Shown in pieces: positions 31,084 through 41,436 of a stretch of DNA of 64,000 nucleotides. A program made the translations under genes and the position numbers. The DNA is taken from contig CAXBME010000002.1 in assembly GCA_963976765.1 (NCBI GenBank), positions 310,001 through 374,000 on the forward strand, read 5' to 3'. Source of the stretch: an uncultured Planctomycetaceae bacterium (GTDB taxonomy: Bacteria; Planctomycetota; Planctomycetia; Planctomycetales; Planctomycetaceae). Under the pieces are notes generated by a model. The model was not told where the DNA came from. It did not search any database and saw only the letters and a list, made by a program, of their open reading frames with translations. Every line of letters begins with the position of its first letter. Position 1 is the first letter of the stretch.

Positions 31084-33237
31084 ATGAACGACGCGGAGGC
31101 ATGGATGCCGCCGGATTCGGCCAACGGATTGCAGCAGACATGGGCGCAGGTGCGGGGATTCGCGTTCCCGCTTCTGATCGTGACGTCCATTCTGGTGATC
31201 ATTGCGCCGCTGCCCCCGCTGATGATGGACATGCTGCTGGCCTGTAATGTGACGGCTGCCGTCCTCATCCTGCTGACGACAATTTACGTCTCCAGACCGC
31301 TCGAATTCAGCGTATTTCCGGCGATTCTGCTGGGAACCACGCTCGCCCGGCTGGTGCTGAATGTTGCCTCCACCCGGTTGATTCTGACTCGAGGAGCGAC
31401 CGACAAAACTGGAGCGGCGGGCGAAGTCATTCAGGCGTTTGGCGAATTCGTCGCCGGTGACAAGATCGCCGTTGGGCTGATTCTGTTTGCGATTCTGGTC
31501 GCGATTCAGTTTCTGGTCATTACTAAAGGTTCCGGTCGAATCAGCGAAGTCGCGGCCCGATTCTTTCTCGACGGAATGCCCGGCAAGCAGATGTCGATCG
31601 ACGCCGACCTCGCGGCCAATGTGATCACTCAGGACGAAGCGAAAGCTCGCCGCCAGGAAATTTCACAACAGGCGGACTTTTACGGAGCGATGGACGGTGC
31701 CAGCAAGTTCGTGCGCGGTGACGCTATCGCCGGCATCGTTATTACGTTGATCAATATTGCCGGCGGTCTGTATATCGGCATCGTCGAGAACGGGATGAGT
31801 TTCGGCGAAGCTGGAGAAGTCTTCACGAAGCTGACCATCGGTGATGGACTGGTGACGCAGATTCCGGGCTTTCTGATTTCGCTGGCGGCAGGTCTGATCG
31901 TGACCCGGTCATCGGTCGAAAGCGACCTGCCGAAGGAAGTCATGAGCCAGATGTTTCGGCATCCGGAAGCTCTGTTTCTCTCGTCGGCATTTCTGGGAGC
32001 AATGGCATTTACCGGAATGCCAATGGGGCCACTGCTTTTCCTTTCGGCCGGATGTACGGTGATCGGCCTGTCACTGCAGAAGAATTTGAAGAAGACCGCG
32101 CAGGCTGCTGATATCAAGACGGCGGCGGACCTTCCAGAGAATCAGCCTCCCCCGGAACGGAAGCCGGAAGACCGTCTGCCTGTCGAACCGCTGATGGTGG
32201 AACTCGGAGCGGGCGTCGTGCCACTGGCCGACCCGTCTCGCGGCGGCGACATGCTGGAACGAGTCATGCAGATTCGACACCAGATCGCCGAAGAGCTGGG
32301 CATCATCCTTCCGAAAGTTCGCGTGCGGGATAACACCTGGCTCGGCGTCAATGAATACGTCATTCGAATTCGCGATATGGAAGTAGCGAAGGGCGAGGTC
32401 TGGCCATCAAACATACTGGCAATCAACCGCGGAACCGCCGAAGGCGACCTGCCCGGAATTAAGACGACCGACCCACTGAACGACAATCCGTCGTTCTGGA
32501 TCGACCCCGGCCAGGTGGACCGTGCGGAAGGACAGGGTTACGCAACTGTCGAACCATCGATCGTCATCATCATGCATCTGACCGAGATCATTCGTCAGCA
32601 CGCATCCGAACTGCTGACACGTCAGCACGTTCATGAGTTGATCGGTGCCTTGAAGGACCGCGCTCCGAAGCTGGTTGAAGAAGTGAATCCCGACCATGTC
32701 AAAATGTCGCACGTTCATCAGGTGCTGAAGAACCTTCTGGCCGAGCGTGTACCGGTGCGTGATCTGGAAACCATCCTGCAGACAACCATCGACAACTCAG
32801 ATCGAATTTCGAACCTGGCGATCATGACCGAGTACGTCCGCACGGCGCTCGCTCGAACGATCTGTCAGAAGTATCGAGATTTGAAACGTCGAATTCACCT
32901 GGTGAGTCTCGACCCGGTTCTGGAAGACTTCCTTCGGCAGAAGATGGATTTTGACCAGTTCGGGATTGGCTCGAAGCTGACGCCGCAGGAGTCCGAAGCC
33001 ATCCTGGATGGTCTGAAAGTCGAGCTGAAAAAACTGACCGACATCGGTCTGCAGCCTGTCGTCATCACGACGGCTCCGCAGATTCGAGCCGGTTTGCGAC
33101 AGATGACGAGCCGGGCATTGCCGAAACTGGCCGTGCTTTGTCTCAACGAAATTACTCCGGAAACACAGATCGTCAGCCGCGGCTATGTGAGTGCCGAAGT
33201 TCTGCGATCCGTACTGATGGCTCAAACAGAAGGTTAA
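31084..33237 (+). CDS. flhA: Flagellar export apparatus protein FlhA
   Basis: RLVLNVASTRLIL, ITKGSGRISEVAARFFLDGMPGKQMSIDADL, FYGAMDGASKFVRGDA and LTIGDGLVTQIP. Confidence 0.96.
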   Translation: MNDAEAWMPPDSANGLQQTWAQVRGFAFPLLIVTSILVIIAPLPPLMMDMLLACNVTAAVLILLTTIYVSRPLEFSVFPAILLGTTLARLVLNVASTRLILTRGATDKTGAAGEVIQAFGEFVAGDKIAVGLILFAILVAIQFLVITKGSGRISEVAARFFLDGMPGKQMSIDADLAANVITQDEAKARRQEISQQADFYGAMDGASKFVRGDAIAGIVITLINIAGGLYIGIVENGMSFGEAGEVFTKLTIGDGLVTQIPGFLISLAAGLIVTRSSVESDLPKEVMSQMFRHPEALFLSSAFLGAMAFTGMPMGPLLFLSAGCTVIGLSLQKNLKKTAQAADIKTAADLPENQPPPERKPEDRLPVEPLMVELGAGVVPLADPSRGGDMLERVMQIRHQIAEELGIILPKVRVRDNTWLGVNEYVIRIRDMEVAKGEVWPSNILAINRGTAEGDLPGIKTTDPLNDNPSFWIDPGQVDRAEGQGYATVEPSIVIIMHLTEIIRQHASELLTRQHVHELIGALKDRAPKLVEEVNPDHVKMSHVHQVLKNLLAERVPVRDLETILQTTIDNSDRISNLAIMTEYVRTALARTICQKYRDLKRRIHLVSLDPVLEDFLRQKMDFDQFGIGSKLTPQESEAILDGLKVELKKLTDIGLQPVVITTAPQIRAGLRQMTSRALPKLAVLCLNEITPETQIVSRGYVSAEVLRSVLMAQTEG

Positions 33238-33363
33238 GAACAGACGCGCAGAACGCGTCTCGACGCACCGGATTGCTCCGCCGAATTTCAGGGGGCATCA
33301 GGACGCGCCCCGTGAAAACAACAATCACAGCGGCCCGAAGCATTTGCGACGGAAAGATTTTTC

Positions 33364-34971
33364 ATGAACGAAATCAAGACATTCAAAGCGGGATCGATGC
33401 AGGAAGCGCTCGCGATCGTGCGGAGTGAACTGGGCAGCGACGCCGTGATTCTGAACACGCGGCAGATTTCTCATCGGCGACTGATTCCCTTCCTGAAAAA
33501 ACGTCAGGAAGTTGAAGTGACCGCTGGCGTTTCCCTCGGAACTCGTGCTGCGAATTCGCAGGCGTCAGTTGCCGCCCCGCGCGCCGGCGCTCCGCGTGCC
33601 GCGACATCGACGTTCGAGCACCGAGCAGGATCGTTTTCCGCAGAAGTATCAGACGATGCGGCCGTCCTGAACTCGCCTTCTCCGGCTCCTCGTCAGACGC
33701 CCGTTCGACAACCGACTCCCTCACCGAAAGTGTCGACCGATCCCGACACGCCACTTGCCCGAGCAGCCGCTCTGGCGATGGAACTGGAACGTCGCAACGC
33801 CGACAAAGCACAACTTGAAAAGAGCCTCAGTGCATTGGAAGCTGCGGCGGCGGTCGCGACTCCGAATCTGGCCCCAGTGACGCCTGAACCGATGCCGCCG
33901 CTATCAAAACCAGGAGTCGCCCCAGATGAACAACCTGTTCGAAGCGAAGCCCCGCCCGTTTCCGAAACGCAGCCCGATCCTTCAGTAGAGTCCTCAGAAC
34001 AAACCGCACAGAAATCCAGACCAGCCAATCAGGCCGCTGGTTTGCAGGCCGCTGCAAAAGCGTTAAGCGAAGAAGGCAATTCGGCGAACGAACTGTCGGT
34101 GAAGCTCGATGTCCTGCAGAAGATGGTCGAAAGCCTCGCCCAAAAATCACACTTCCGCAGCGCCGACGAAGTGCCGAGCGAACTCTTCGACATTTACACA
34201 CAGCTCATCGACGCGGACATCGACGACGATCTCGCAAGAGAGCTGATCTGCAACCTTCGAAAAGAATGCACGGCAGCGCAACTTCATGATCCGGTTGGCT
34301 CGCGGGCTTTGTTGTCGGCGATGGTCGAAGCCGACATTCAGTGTTCGTCGCCGATTCAAACAGAAGTTGGCCGCCGCCGAGTCGTTGCACTGGTCGGCCC
34401 GACCGGAGTTGGCAAGACAACAACCATCGCCAAACTGGCTGCAAACTTTCGGCTTCGCGACGGCGTAAAAATGGGACTGGTCACCGTCGACACCTACCGC
34501 ATCGCCGCTGTCGAGCAACTTCGGACGTACGCAGAAATTATCGATCTCCCCATGAAGGTCGTCACCAGCCCGCAGGAAATGCGGCGGGCACTTGATGAAC
34601 TGTCCGATCTGGATCTGATCCTGATCGATACCGCCGGTCGAAGTCCTCGAGACGAGCTGAAAATCCAGGAGTTGAAGTCGCTGCTCAACGAAGCGAACGT
34701 TGACGAAGTGCATCTCGTGATGAGTCTCACAGCGAGCGTTCGCAGCATCCGGATGACCTGCGAACAGTTTTCCTCCGTGAATCCAACATCGCTGATCCTG
34801 ACGAAACTCGACGAAGCCGCTGGCGCCGGCAGCCTGCTGTCCGTCAGTCGCGACGTCAAACTTCCTTTCAGCTATCTGACCACCGGGCAGGACGTTCCGG
34901 AAGATATTGAACCGGCAAACGCCTGCCGTATCGCCCGCCTCGTGCTGGGCGAAGACCGACTGTTCGACTAA
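33364..34971 (+). CDS. flhF: Flagellar SRP-family GTPase FlhF
   Basis: N-terminal IKTF…ELGSDAVIL, GPTGVGKTTTIAKLA, DTYRIAAVEQL, DTAGRS, TKLDE and GQDVPEDI. Confidence 0.95.
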   Translation: MNEIKTFKAGSMQEALAIVRSELGSDAVILNTRQISHRRLIPFLKKRQEVEVTAGVSLGTRAANSQASVAAPRAGAPRAATSTFEHRAGSFSAEVSDDAAVLNSPSPAPRQTPVRQPTPSPKVSTDPDTPLARAAALAMELERRNADKAQLEKSLSALEAAAAVATPNLAPVTPEPMPPLSKPGVAPDEQPVRSEAPPVSETQPDPSVESSEQTAQKSRPANQAAGLQAAAKALSEEGNSANELSVKLDVLQKMVESLAQKSHFRSADEVPSELFDIYTQLIDADIDDDLARELICNLRKECTAAQLHDPVGSRALLSAMVEADIQCSSPIQTEVGRRRVVALVGPTGVGKTTTIAKLAANFRLRDGVKMGLVTVDTYRIAAVEQLRTYAEIIDLPMKVVTSPQEMRRALDELSDLDLILIDTAGRSPRDELKIQELKSLLNEANVDEVHLVMSLTASVRSIRMTCEQFSSVNPTSLILTKLDEAAGAGSLLSVSRDVKLPFSYLTTGQDVPEDIEPANACRIARLVLGEDRLFD

Positions 34972-35011
34972 CTGATTGCGACTTCCACTTCAAAAGAACT
35001 CATTACGAACC

Positions 35012-35896
35012 ATGCCCGATCAGGCGACTATTCTGCGAGGAATTGTTGAGACGCGACAGGATGCTCGTCCCGAGCCGACGTCGACCGGGCCTCATCGTGC
35101 GCGAACTATCGCCGTGACCAGCGGAAAGGGTGGCGTCGGTAAAAGCAACATTGCTCTCAACATGGCGATTGCGATGTCGAGACTTGGCAAGTCGGTATGC
35201 CTGCTCGATGCGTGTCTGGGGCTGGGAAATCTCGATCTGCTGTGCGGACTGAACGGCTACTGGAATCTTTCGCACGTTGTGAACGGTGCTCGTGCACTTA
35301 AAGATGTCGTGCTGGAAGGACCGGACGGAATTCATGTGATTCCCGGAGCGTCGGGGCTGATTGAGCTGGCAGACTGCCCCGCTGCCGTACAGCGCGAACT
35401 GCTCTTTCAAATGGAAGAGCTGGAGCGAAGCCACGACATTCTGATTGTCGATACGAGCACCGGCATTCATCGAATCGTCCGACAGTTTGCTACCTCAGCG
35501 GATCAGATTCTGCTGGTGACAACGCCGGAGACCACGTCCATGGCGGATGCTTATGCCACGATCAAGGCGATGGCTTCGCCCGATTGCCCACCGCTGGACA
35601 TTGTCGTCAACCAGGTTGAGTCGGCTGCCCAGGCGAAAGCAATCGTCGGTCGGCTTCAGCAAACGTCGAAGCTGTTTCTTCAGAAGTCTGTCGGGTACGC
35701 AGGGCATGTTTCGCGAGACCCGGCTGTCGTCGACGCGGTCGCCAGTCGAAAACCGTTCGTAGTCGACTCAACAAACTGTCCGGCGTCGACCGACATCCAC
35801 CAGCTGGCTCGTCGAGTCATCAGCAACGGTGGGTCGCTGCGAACTTTCCAGTCGTACTTCGACCGGTTTCGCAACGGCAAGCAACGCGCCGCCTGA
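35012..35896 (+). CDS. flhG: MinD-like flagellar number regulator FlhG/FleN
   Basis: N-terminal DQAxxLR activator motif and TSGKGGVGKS. Directly follows flhF. Confidence 0.9.
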   Translation: MPDQATILRGIVETRQDARPEPTSTGPHRARTIAVTSGKGGVGKSNIALNMAIAMSRLGKSVCLLDACLGLGNLDLLCGLNGYWNLSHVVNGARALKDVVLEGPDGIHVIPGASGLIELADCPAAVQRELLFQMEELERSHDILIVDTSTGIHRIVRQFATSADQILLVTTPETTSMADAYATIKAMASPDCPPLDIVVNQVESAAQAKAIVGRLQQTSKLFLQKSVGYAGHVSRDPAVVDAVASRKPFVVDSTNCPASTDIHQLARRVISNGGSLRTFQSYFDRFRNGKQRAA

Positions 35897-36037
35897 ACGC
35901 AATGTCGTGTGATTGTTGCCGGCCAGACATCATCCGTGCTTGACGGTCCCCTGTCCGATTGTCGGATGCGTTTCAGGATGCGACAGTAGCCGCTGCGTCT
36001 GTTGTCTGTAACGTGTCACGGTCTGAGTTCGATTGCC

Positions 36038-37132
36038 ATGTCCGAGTTGCCCCCGTTGATTGAATCTGCGTCTTTCCAGAATCTGCTGAGTGAGCTGCGA
36101 AACTCGTCAGGCCAGTTGAACGACGTCGACGCGTGGCCTGCGGAGCAGCTCAGTGGGATGTCCAAAGCCGGCGTGCTGGGCTGGATAATTCCGGAAGAGT
36201 TCGGCGGTAGCGGCATCACGAATGCGGAGCTGACAGCCGGTTACGAACAACTGTCCGCAGCCTGTCTGGCATCCACCTTCGTACTCACTCAGAGAAACGC
36301 TGCCATTCAGAGAATCGTGCAGTCTCAGAACAGTTATCTCAAAGAAGATCTTCTTCCGGACCTTGTGACCGATGAACTGTTTGCGACCGTTGGCATTTCA
36401 CACTTGACCACATCAAGGCAACATCTGGGTGAACCAGCCGTCACGGCTGAACGCGTCGATGCCGGATTTCATCTGACTGGTGAGATTCCCTGGGTCACCG
36501 GCGCAGACAAGGCAGACATCATCGTTTGTGGCGGAACACTGGAAAACAACACTCAGATTCTGGTTGCACTCGAAACAGTTAATCAGGGGGTCGAGATTGC
36601 ACCAGCGGTTCCGCTGATGGCGTTGAACTCGTCGCGCACAGCGACCGTCAAGCTGAATCATGTCTTTGTCTCGCTGGAGTACCTGCTGCATGGGCCGGTC
36701 GAGAACGTGATGAAGCAATCCGGCGGCGGAGCGGGGTCTTATACAACTTCGGCACTGGCTGTCGGCCATGCCGCCAACGCAATTCGTCAGCTTCGAGAAG
36801 AAGCCAGCCGCCGACCGGAACTCAACGAGATCCTGCAACCATTTGTTGACGAGCACGCGTCGCTCTCCGCCGACCTTTGTCTGGCCGTTTCCGGAAATGC
36901 TGACACGCCCCCGAACCTCACTGCCGAAGCGATGCGGCAACGGTCCAACTCGCTGGCACTCCGCGCAAGCCAGGCGTGTCTGGCCGCGAGCAAAGGAGCT
37001 GGCTTCGTCGCCAGCCACCCGGCATCGCGACTGGTTGCCGAAGCGATGTTCTTCCTGGTGTGGTCGTGCCCTCAGCCGGTCGTGCTTGGAAACCTGCGGG
37101 AACTGGCGTGCGCCTCGAATTACGAAAATTGA
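36038..37132 (+). CDS. Acyl-CoA dehydrogenase-family flavoprotein
   Basis: IPEEFGGSG, LTGEIPWVTGA and C-terminal helical domain (GAGFV…HPASRL). Confidence 0.8.
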   Translation: MSELPPLIESASFQNLLSELRNSSGQLNDVDAWPAEQLSGMSKAGVLGWIIPEEFGGSGITNAELTAGYEQLSAACLASTFVLTQRNAAIQRIVQSQNSYLKEDLLPDLVTDELFATVGISHLTTSRQHLGEPAVTAERVDAGFHLTGEIPWVTGADKADIIVCGGTLENNTQILVALETVNQGVEIAPAVPLMALNSSRTATVKLNHVFVSLEYLLHGPVENVMKQSGGGAGSYTTSALAVGHAANAIRQLREEASRRPELNEILQPFVDEHASLSADLCLAVSGNADTPPNLTAEAMRQRSNSLALRASQACLAASKGAGFVASHPASRLVAEAMFFLVWSCPQPVVLGNLRELACASNYEN

Positions 37133-37212
37133 CAACCACGAAATGCACGAAAGTAAACGGAAAGGCGAAACCATTAATTACTTTTTGTTTCTTCCGTGTA
37201 TTTCGTGGTTGT
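37132..37212. repeat. Palindromic intergenic element D
   Basis: acaaccacgaaatgcacgaaag (37132-37153) versus cttccgtgtatttcgtggttgt (37191-37212): 20/22 complementary. Begins at the stop codon and lies between convergent genes. Confidence 0.78.
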
Positions 37213-37257
37213 TGATCATCAGTCGCCAGTCATTGAAGTCAGTCTCTTTGACGGCTG

Positions 37258-40200
37258 CTACTTTTTGCCATCTCCCTGCCCTGCTTTGGCGAGTTCATCA
37301 AAGTAGAGTTTGATCAGCTTTGCGTAGTCGCCGTTAGCTTTTCGCTGAGAAGATTGCAGAATTTCGGTCTTCAGGTTGCCGGGGAGCTGGCCCCAGTTTT
37401 TCATGGCACGGCGTTTCAGTTCTGTGTCGAGCGGGCCTTTCATCTCACCGTCAGCGAAGGCTCCGGTTCCGCTGTTGCCCAGTCCCGGTTGCTGGCTGGA
37501 CGGTTGCTGATTGCTTTGTCCCTGATTGTCTCCAGACTGGCTGCCGTCTGCGGCCAGTTGTTGAGCCGCGTCGCTGAGCATCTCCGCAGCTTGCTGCAAC
37601 GCGTCGGCGGCTTCCGCCAAAGCACCGTTTCGTTGTTGTGTCTGCTGGCCAGGCTGGTTGCCTGGGGAAGAACCTGGCTGACGTTTGGAACCCGGCGTGC
37701 CGGGAGTCGGTTGTCCTGACTGCTGACCGGGCTGGCTGTCCGATACGGCGTTATCAGGCGATGGCGCCTCGTCCGCTTGTTCAGCGGGGACGCCTTGTGA
37801 TGGCGGGCGTTGAGTCGGCTCGCCGTCAGAAGGGCTATCACCCGACGGAGGCTGAGCAGTGGCCGTTTCGCCGGTGGTTGCGTCAATCGCGGTCGTTCCT
37901 GGCTCACTGTTGCCCGAAGCTACTTCCGCGGATGTCTCGCCTGGTTCTCCTGAAGTCTGGCTGGCCTGTGGTGTTTCAGCAGCGGCTTGAGCCAAACGTT
38001 CCTGCGCGTTCTGAAGCTGTCTCATCGCGTCGGAAATCTGAGCGGCAAACTCACCCGGCACAGGTGAATTACTGTTGGGACGCGGTGAGTCAGCGGCGGC
38101 CTGCTGAGCTGATTCCCGCAGTGAATCCGCCGCCTGTTGTGCAGCCTGAGCGGCCTGGTCACGGCGCCCCGCCTGCATATTTTGAGCGGCCTGGCTGGCA
38201 GACTGCTGACCTTGCTGCGCGGACTGTTGAGCCGAGGAAGCTTGCTGCCCCTGCTGTTGGAGGTCGAGCGGCTGAGAGCCAAGTTGCTCGGCCAGTTCGT
38301 CCAGTGCCTGAGCAATCTGATCAGCCTGTGCCGCAAGTCGTCGTTGCTGTTCCTGCTGAGCGGCGGCTCGCTGAGAAGGAGAATTCTCCAACTGCTCAAA
38401 AGCATCGGCCATCTGCTGCTGTTGCACGGCGAGCTGTTGTGCTTGTTCGGCAAGTTCGGGGGCTGACTCCTGAAGAGCTTCGGCTGTTGCTGCAGCAGTC
38501 TGTTGAGCATCGGCTGCTTCACTGGCTGCCTGAGCGAATTGCCCGCCTCGTGCGGCGGCCTCTGCCTGTTCACTTTGCTGTGCAGACTCCGCCGCAGAGC
38601 GAGTCGCTGGCGAATCGGTGCCCGCTTCCCGAGCAGTTTGCAGTGCAAGTCGAGCCGCCTGCGCGGTCAGCTCTTCCTGCTGAGCCAGCAACTCGCCGAT
38701 CGATGGCGACGTCTGAGGGGAGGCGACAGGCTCGGAATTCGGTGGGTGCCCGACCGGATCGTTTTCTTCCGAAACAGCAACGTCAGCCGCAGAGTTGCCC
38801 GGCTCAGTGACCGGAGTCTGCCCCGTTGAATTCTGCTCTGTTGAATTCTGCTCAGCGGGCAGAGAACCAGCTTTTGTCAGCGGCTCGACGGATGGTTCAA
38901 CTTCTGAGTTCTGATCTTCGGGTTTCGCGATTGATTCGGCTGTCTGGCGAGCCAGTTCGGCGTCTTTCTTCAGAGACTCGGCCAGCAGTTCCTGAGGTCT
39001 GGCAACCTCACTGGCCTGGCGGGCAAGGCCAGCCAACTTTCCGAGCTGATGATCGCGCGCGGCCTCCAGCAGTTCGGGCCGCTGCTGCATCAGGTGGTCC
39101 AGGGCGGCCATCAACTCCGACTGCTCTTCCATCAGCAGTTGCTGATTCTCGGCCAGCTCCTGTCGAACCTCTTCGTGACGCTGCGCGGCGTCGCTGTCGA
39201 GCGGCTCTGCGGCGTCGGGCGTCTTCGAGGCAATCTCTTTGCGGAGCTGCTCGAGCTGTCTGGCATCGTCGGCAAGCTGGTTCGCTCGCTGGGAGATCCG
39301 ATTGAGTTCCAGCAGGTCTTCTTCCAGGTCGGCCAGTTTCTCGAACTCAACGGCAACGTTAGCCAGTCCTTCTTCGACCATGTCTGCAACAGCCGAGTTC
39401 TCATTGAGCATCGCTACCTGATCTTTCCTTTCCTGCTGAGACGACTCTGCAAGCTTCACGGCTACCGGATCAAGTTCGTCCGCCGCCATTCGCCACAAGT
39501 TTTCGCTGAGGTTGGCAAAGAGCGGGTGCTCCGAAAACTGGTTGGCAAGTTCTGCCATGCGGGCGGCCAGTTCTTCTTCACGGCCTGCCAGATTTTCAAC
39601 AGCCTGCTGCTGTGCAAACTTTCGGTCGTCGTCGAGCGACCGCTGAGCGTCGTCTCGAAGATCGTCGCTTTGTTCAACAGCTTCTCGAAGCTGGTCGCGG
39701 ATGTCCTGAAGTTCTTTCCGGATCTGCTCCTGCCGAGCCAGCACGTCGTTCGTTCCCTGTGCCGACGCGTCATCGCTGATCGCGACGTAACGAACCTTCG
39801 ACCAGACTTCGTTCGCCGATGGAGTCGGTCGTCCGTCAGCGGCTCGAATCTGCAGCTTCAGAAAGTCGCCCGACTTCACCGCGATGTCTGAAAGGTCGAT
39901 GCGGAATTCATGCTCCAGCGATTCCCGCCCGAGCAGTTCGCTCGGAGCTTTAATAACCTTGTTTAACCCTTCTCGCGACGAAACGTGCAGCTCAAGTTCT
40001 TCCAGAGCAACGTCGTCGACTGCGGAAACGCGGATGCCGTAAACGTCGGTCGGCTTTGCTCGATCCTGCTCGCCGCCGGGAACTTCCAGAACCGGTGGCT
40101 GATCGCGTCTGATGATTAGCTGACGGAACGGCTCGCTATCGTTCTCAAGGCCGTGAGATTCTTTCAGCACAAACGCGAACGCGCCCTGGATAGTCGCGGG

Positions 40201-41436
40201 AATCTGGAGCCGCGCTGAGAGACCGTCTTCTGCAACGACAAGTTGAGTCGCCGGCAGATCGTCGACGGTGACCAGTAAGTTCGATGTTGTACCCGGCTTT
40301 CGAAGTTCGTCGGCGGTTTCTTTGTCTTCTTCGTTTAACGGAACGACCTGTTGATCACCAGCCGCTTCGCTGTCGGGCAGGACCATCGCCGATAACCAGT
40401 TGATCGCTGCTTCGTCGACCGGCTGACTGAAAGTCAGATCGAAGGTTAGCCTGCTGTGTTCGAAGACGGCGATCTCGCCGGTGACTCCGTCGAGCGTTTC
40501 TCGTGGCTGACCGAGATAGCCCGGCGGCGAGATTTCGAGTTTCGCTGCCAGGACTTCGGGCCTATCCAGGACGTTGATCCTGTAGCGTCGCGAACGATTA
40601 CCTTCAGACGAGACAAAGAATTCCAGCGAGTCCTGCACGTCGGGTATCGCCGTCGTGAAGGCATCCCGATCTGGATCAAAGCGAAGCGTCCGGACGTCCG
40701 AGTTGCCGTCTTCGCTGTGCCATGAAAGCTGCACGGGCTCCGGGACAGGATCGTCCGAGCCGTTTCGCCAGGTCAACTTTACAACGATCTGCAGGTCGTC
40801 ACCTCGCGCGACGAATTCGTCGGCTCCTTCGATTTCAAAAAGTAATCGGCTGACGGATTCGTAATTGCCCCACGGGTTGAACAGCCGAGCCAACAGCAGG
40901 CTGGAAACCGACGGAAAGATCAGCAGCGAGAGCACGAGAAACGAAAGCGTCCCGAATCCGTAACTCAGACGTCTGACCGCTGGCCGAACCGAAACCGACC
41001 GGTCGAAGTCGCAGCGGGCGAGAGCTTCGAGCGTCTCTTCCTCAAGCAGATCCCGCATCAACGGCGACCCTTTCTCGGCGTCCGGGACGTCGGGGTCAGC
41101 CAGTTCGACCAGCGACGAGACTCGTTCACCAAGTTCAGGAAACTTCTCCTCGACCAGTGACGCGACTTCCGGATCCGTCAATCGAATAACCAGCGGGCGA
41201 ACGAGAAGGAAACCCAGCAGCACAACTTCGGCGACGCAGAACACGACGAAGCCGGCAAGACGCGGACCTGTTTGCAGGTCGAAAAGAAAGTCGATCAGCA
41301 GTGTGCCGATCAGCAGCCCGCACGACAGTGTCAGAAACAGCCCGCAACCTCGCAGAAACGCGACGCGACGAATCCGCCGCCGCAGCGAATCAAGCTGCGA
41401 AGTCACCGCGTGAGGAAGCACATACTGAAACGCCAT
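37258..41436 (-). CDS. Large membrane-anchored coiled-coil protein (DUF4175-like)
   Basis: N-terminal TM helices with VEEKFPELGERVSS, Ig-like middle region (PPGYLG, DQPP), Gln/Ala-rich coiled coils and C-terminal WGQLP…YAKLIKLYFDELA. Confidence 0.75.
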   Translation of the reverse strand: MAFQYVLPHAVTSQLDSLRRRIRRVAFLRGCGLFLTLSCGLLIGTLLIDFLFDLQTGPRLAGFVVFCVAEVVLLGFLLVRPLVIRLTDPEVASLVEEKFPELGERVSSLVELADPDVPDAEKGSPLMRDLLEEETLEALARCDFDRSVSVRPAVRRLSYGFGTLSFLVLSLLIFPSVSSLLLARLFNPWGNYESVSRLLFEIEGADEFVARGDDLQIVVKLTWRNGSDDPVPEPVQLSWHSEDGNSDVRTLRFDPDRDAFTTAIPDVQDSLEFFVSSEGNRSRRYRINVLDRPEVLAAKLEISPPGYLGQPRETLDGVTGEIAVFEHSRLTFDLTFSQPVDEAAINWLSAMVLPDSEAAGDQQVVPLNEEDKETADELRKPGTTSNLLVTVDDLPATQLVVAEDGLSARLQIPATIQGAFAFVLKESHGLENDSEPFRQLIIRRDQPPVLEVPGGEQDRAKPTDVYGIRVSAVDDVALEELELHVSSREGLNKVIKAPSELLGRESLEHEFRIDLSDIAVKSGDFLKLQIRAADGRPTPSANEVWSKVRYVAISDDASAQGTNDVLARQEQIRKELQDIRDQLREAVEQSDDLRDDAQRSLDDDRKFAQQQAVENLAGREEELAARMAELANQFSEHPLFANLSENLWRMAADELDPVAVKLAESSQQERKDQVAMLNENSAVADMVEEGLANVAVEFEKLADLEEDLLELNRISQRANQLADDARQLEQLRKEIASKTPDAAEPLDSDAAQRHEEVRQELAENQQLLMEEQSELMAALDHLMQQRPELLEAARDHQLGKLAGLARQASEVARPQELLAESLKKDAELARQTAESIAKPEDQNSEVEPSVEPLTKAGSLPAEQNSTEQNSTGQTPVTEPGNSAADVAVSEENDPVGHPPNSEPVASPQTSPSIGELLAQQEELTAQAARLALQTAREAGTDSPATRSAAESAQQSEQAEAAARGGQFAQAASEAADAQQTAAATAEALQESAPELAEQAQQLAVQQQQMADAFEQLENSPSQRAAAQQEQQRRLAAQADQIAQALDELAEQLGSQPLDLQQQGQQASSAQQSAQQGQQSASQAAQNMQAGRRDQAAQAAQQAADSLRESAQQAAADSPRPNSNSPVPGEFAAQISDAMRQLQNAQERLAQAAAETPQASQTSGEPGETSAEVASGNSEPGTTAIDATTGETATAQPPSGDSPSDGEPTQRPPSQGVPAEQADEAPSPDNAVSDSQPGQQSGQPTPGTPGSKRQPGSSPGNQPGQQTQQRNGALAEAADALQQAAEMLSDAAQQLAADGSQSGDNQGQSNQQPSSQQPGLGNSGTGAFADGEMKGPLDTELKRRAMKNWGQLPGNLKTEILQSSQRKANGDYAKLIKLYFDELAKAGQGDGKK

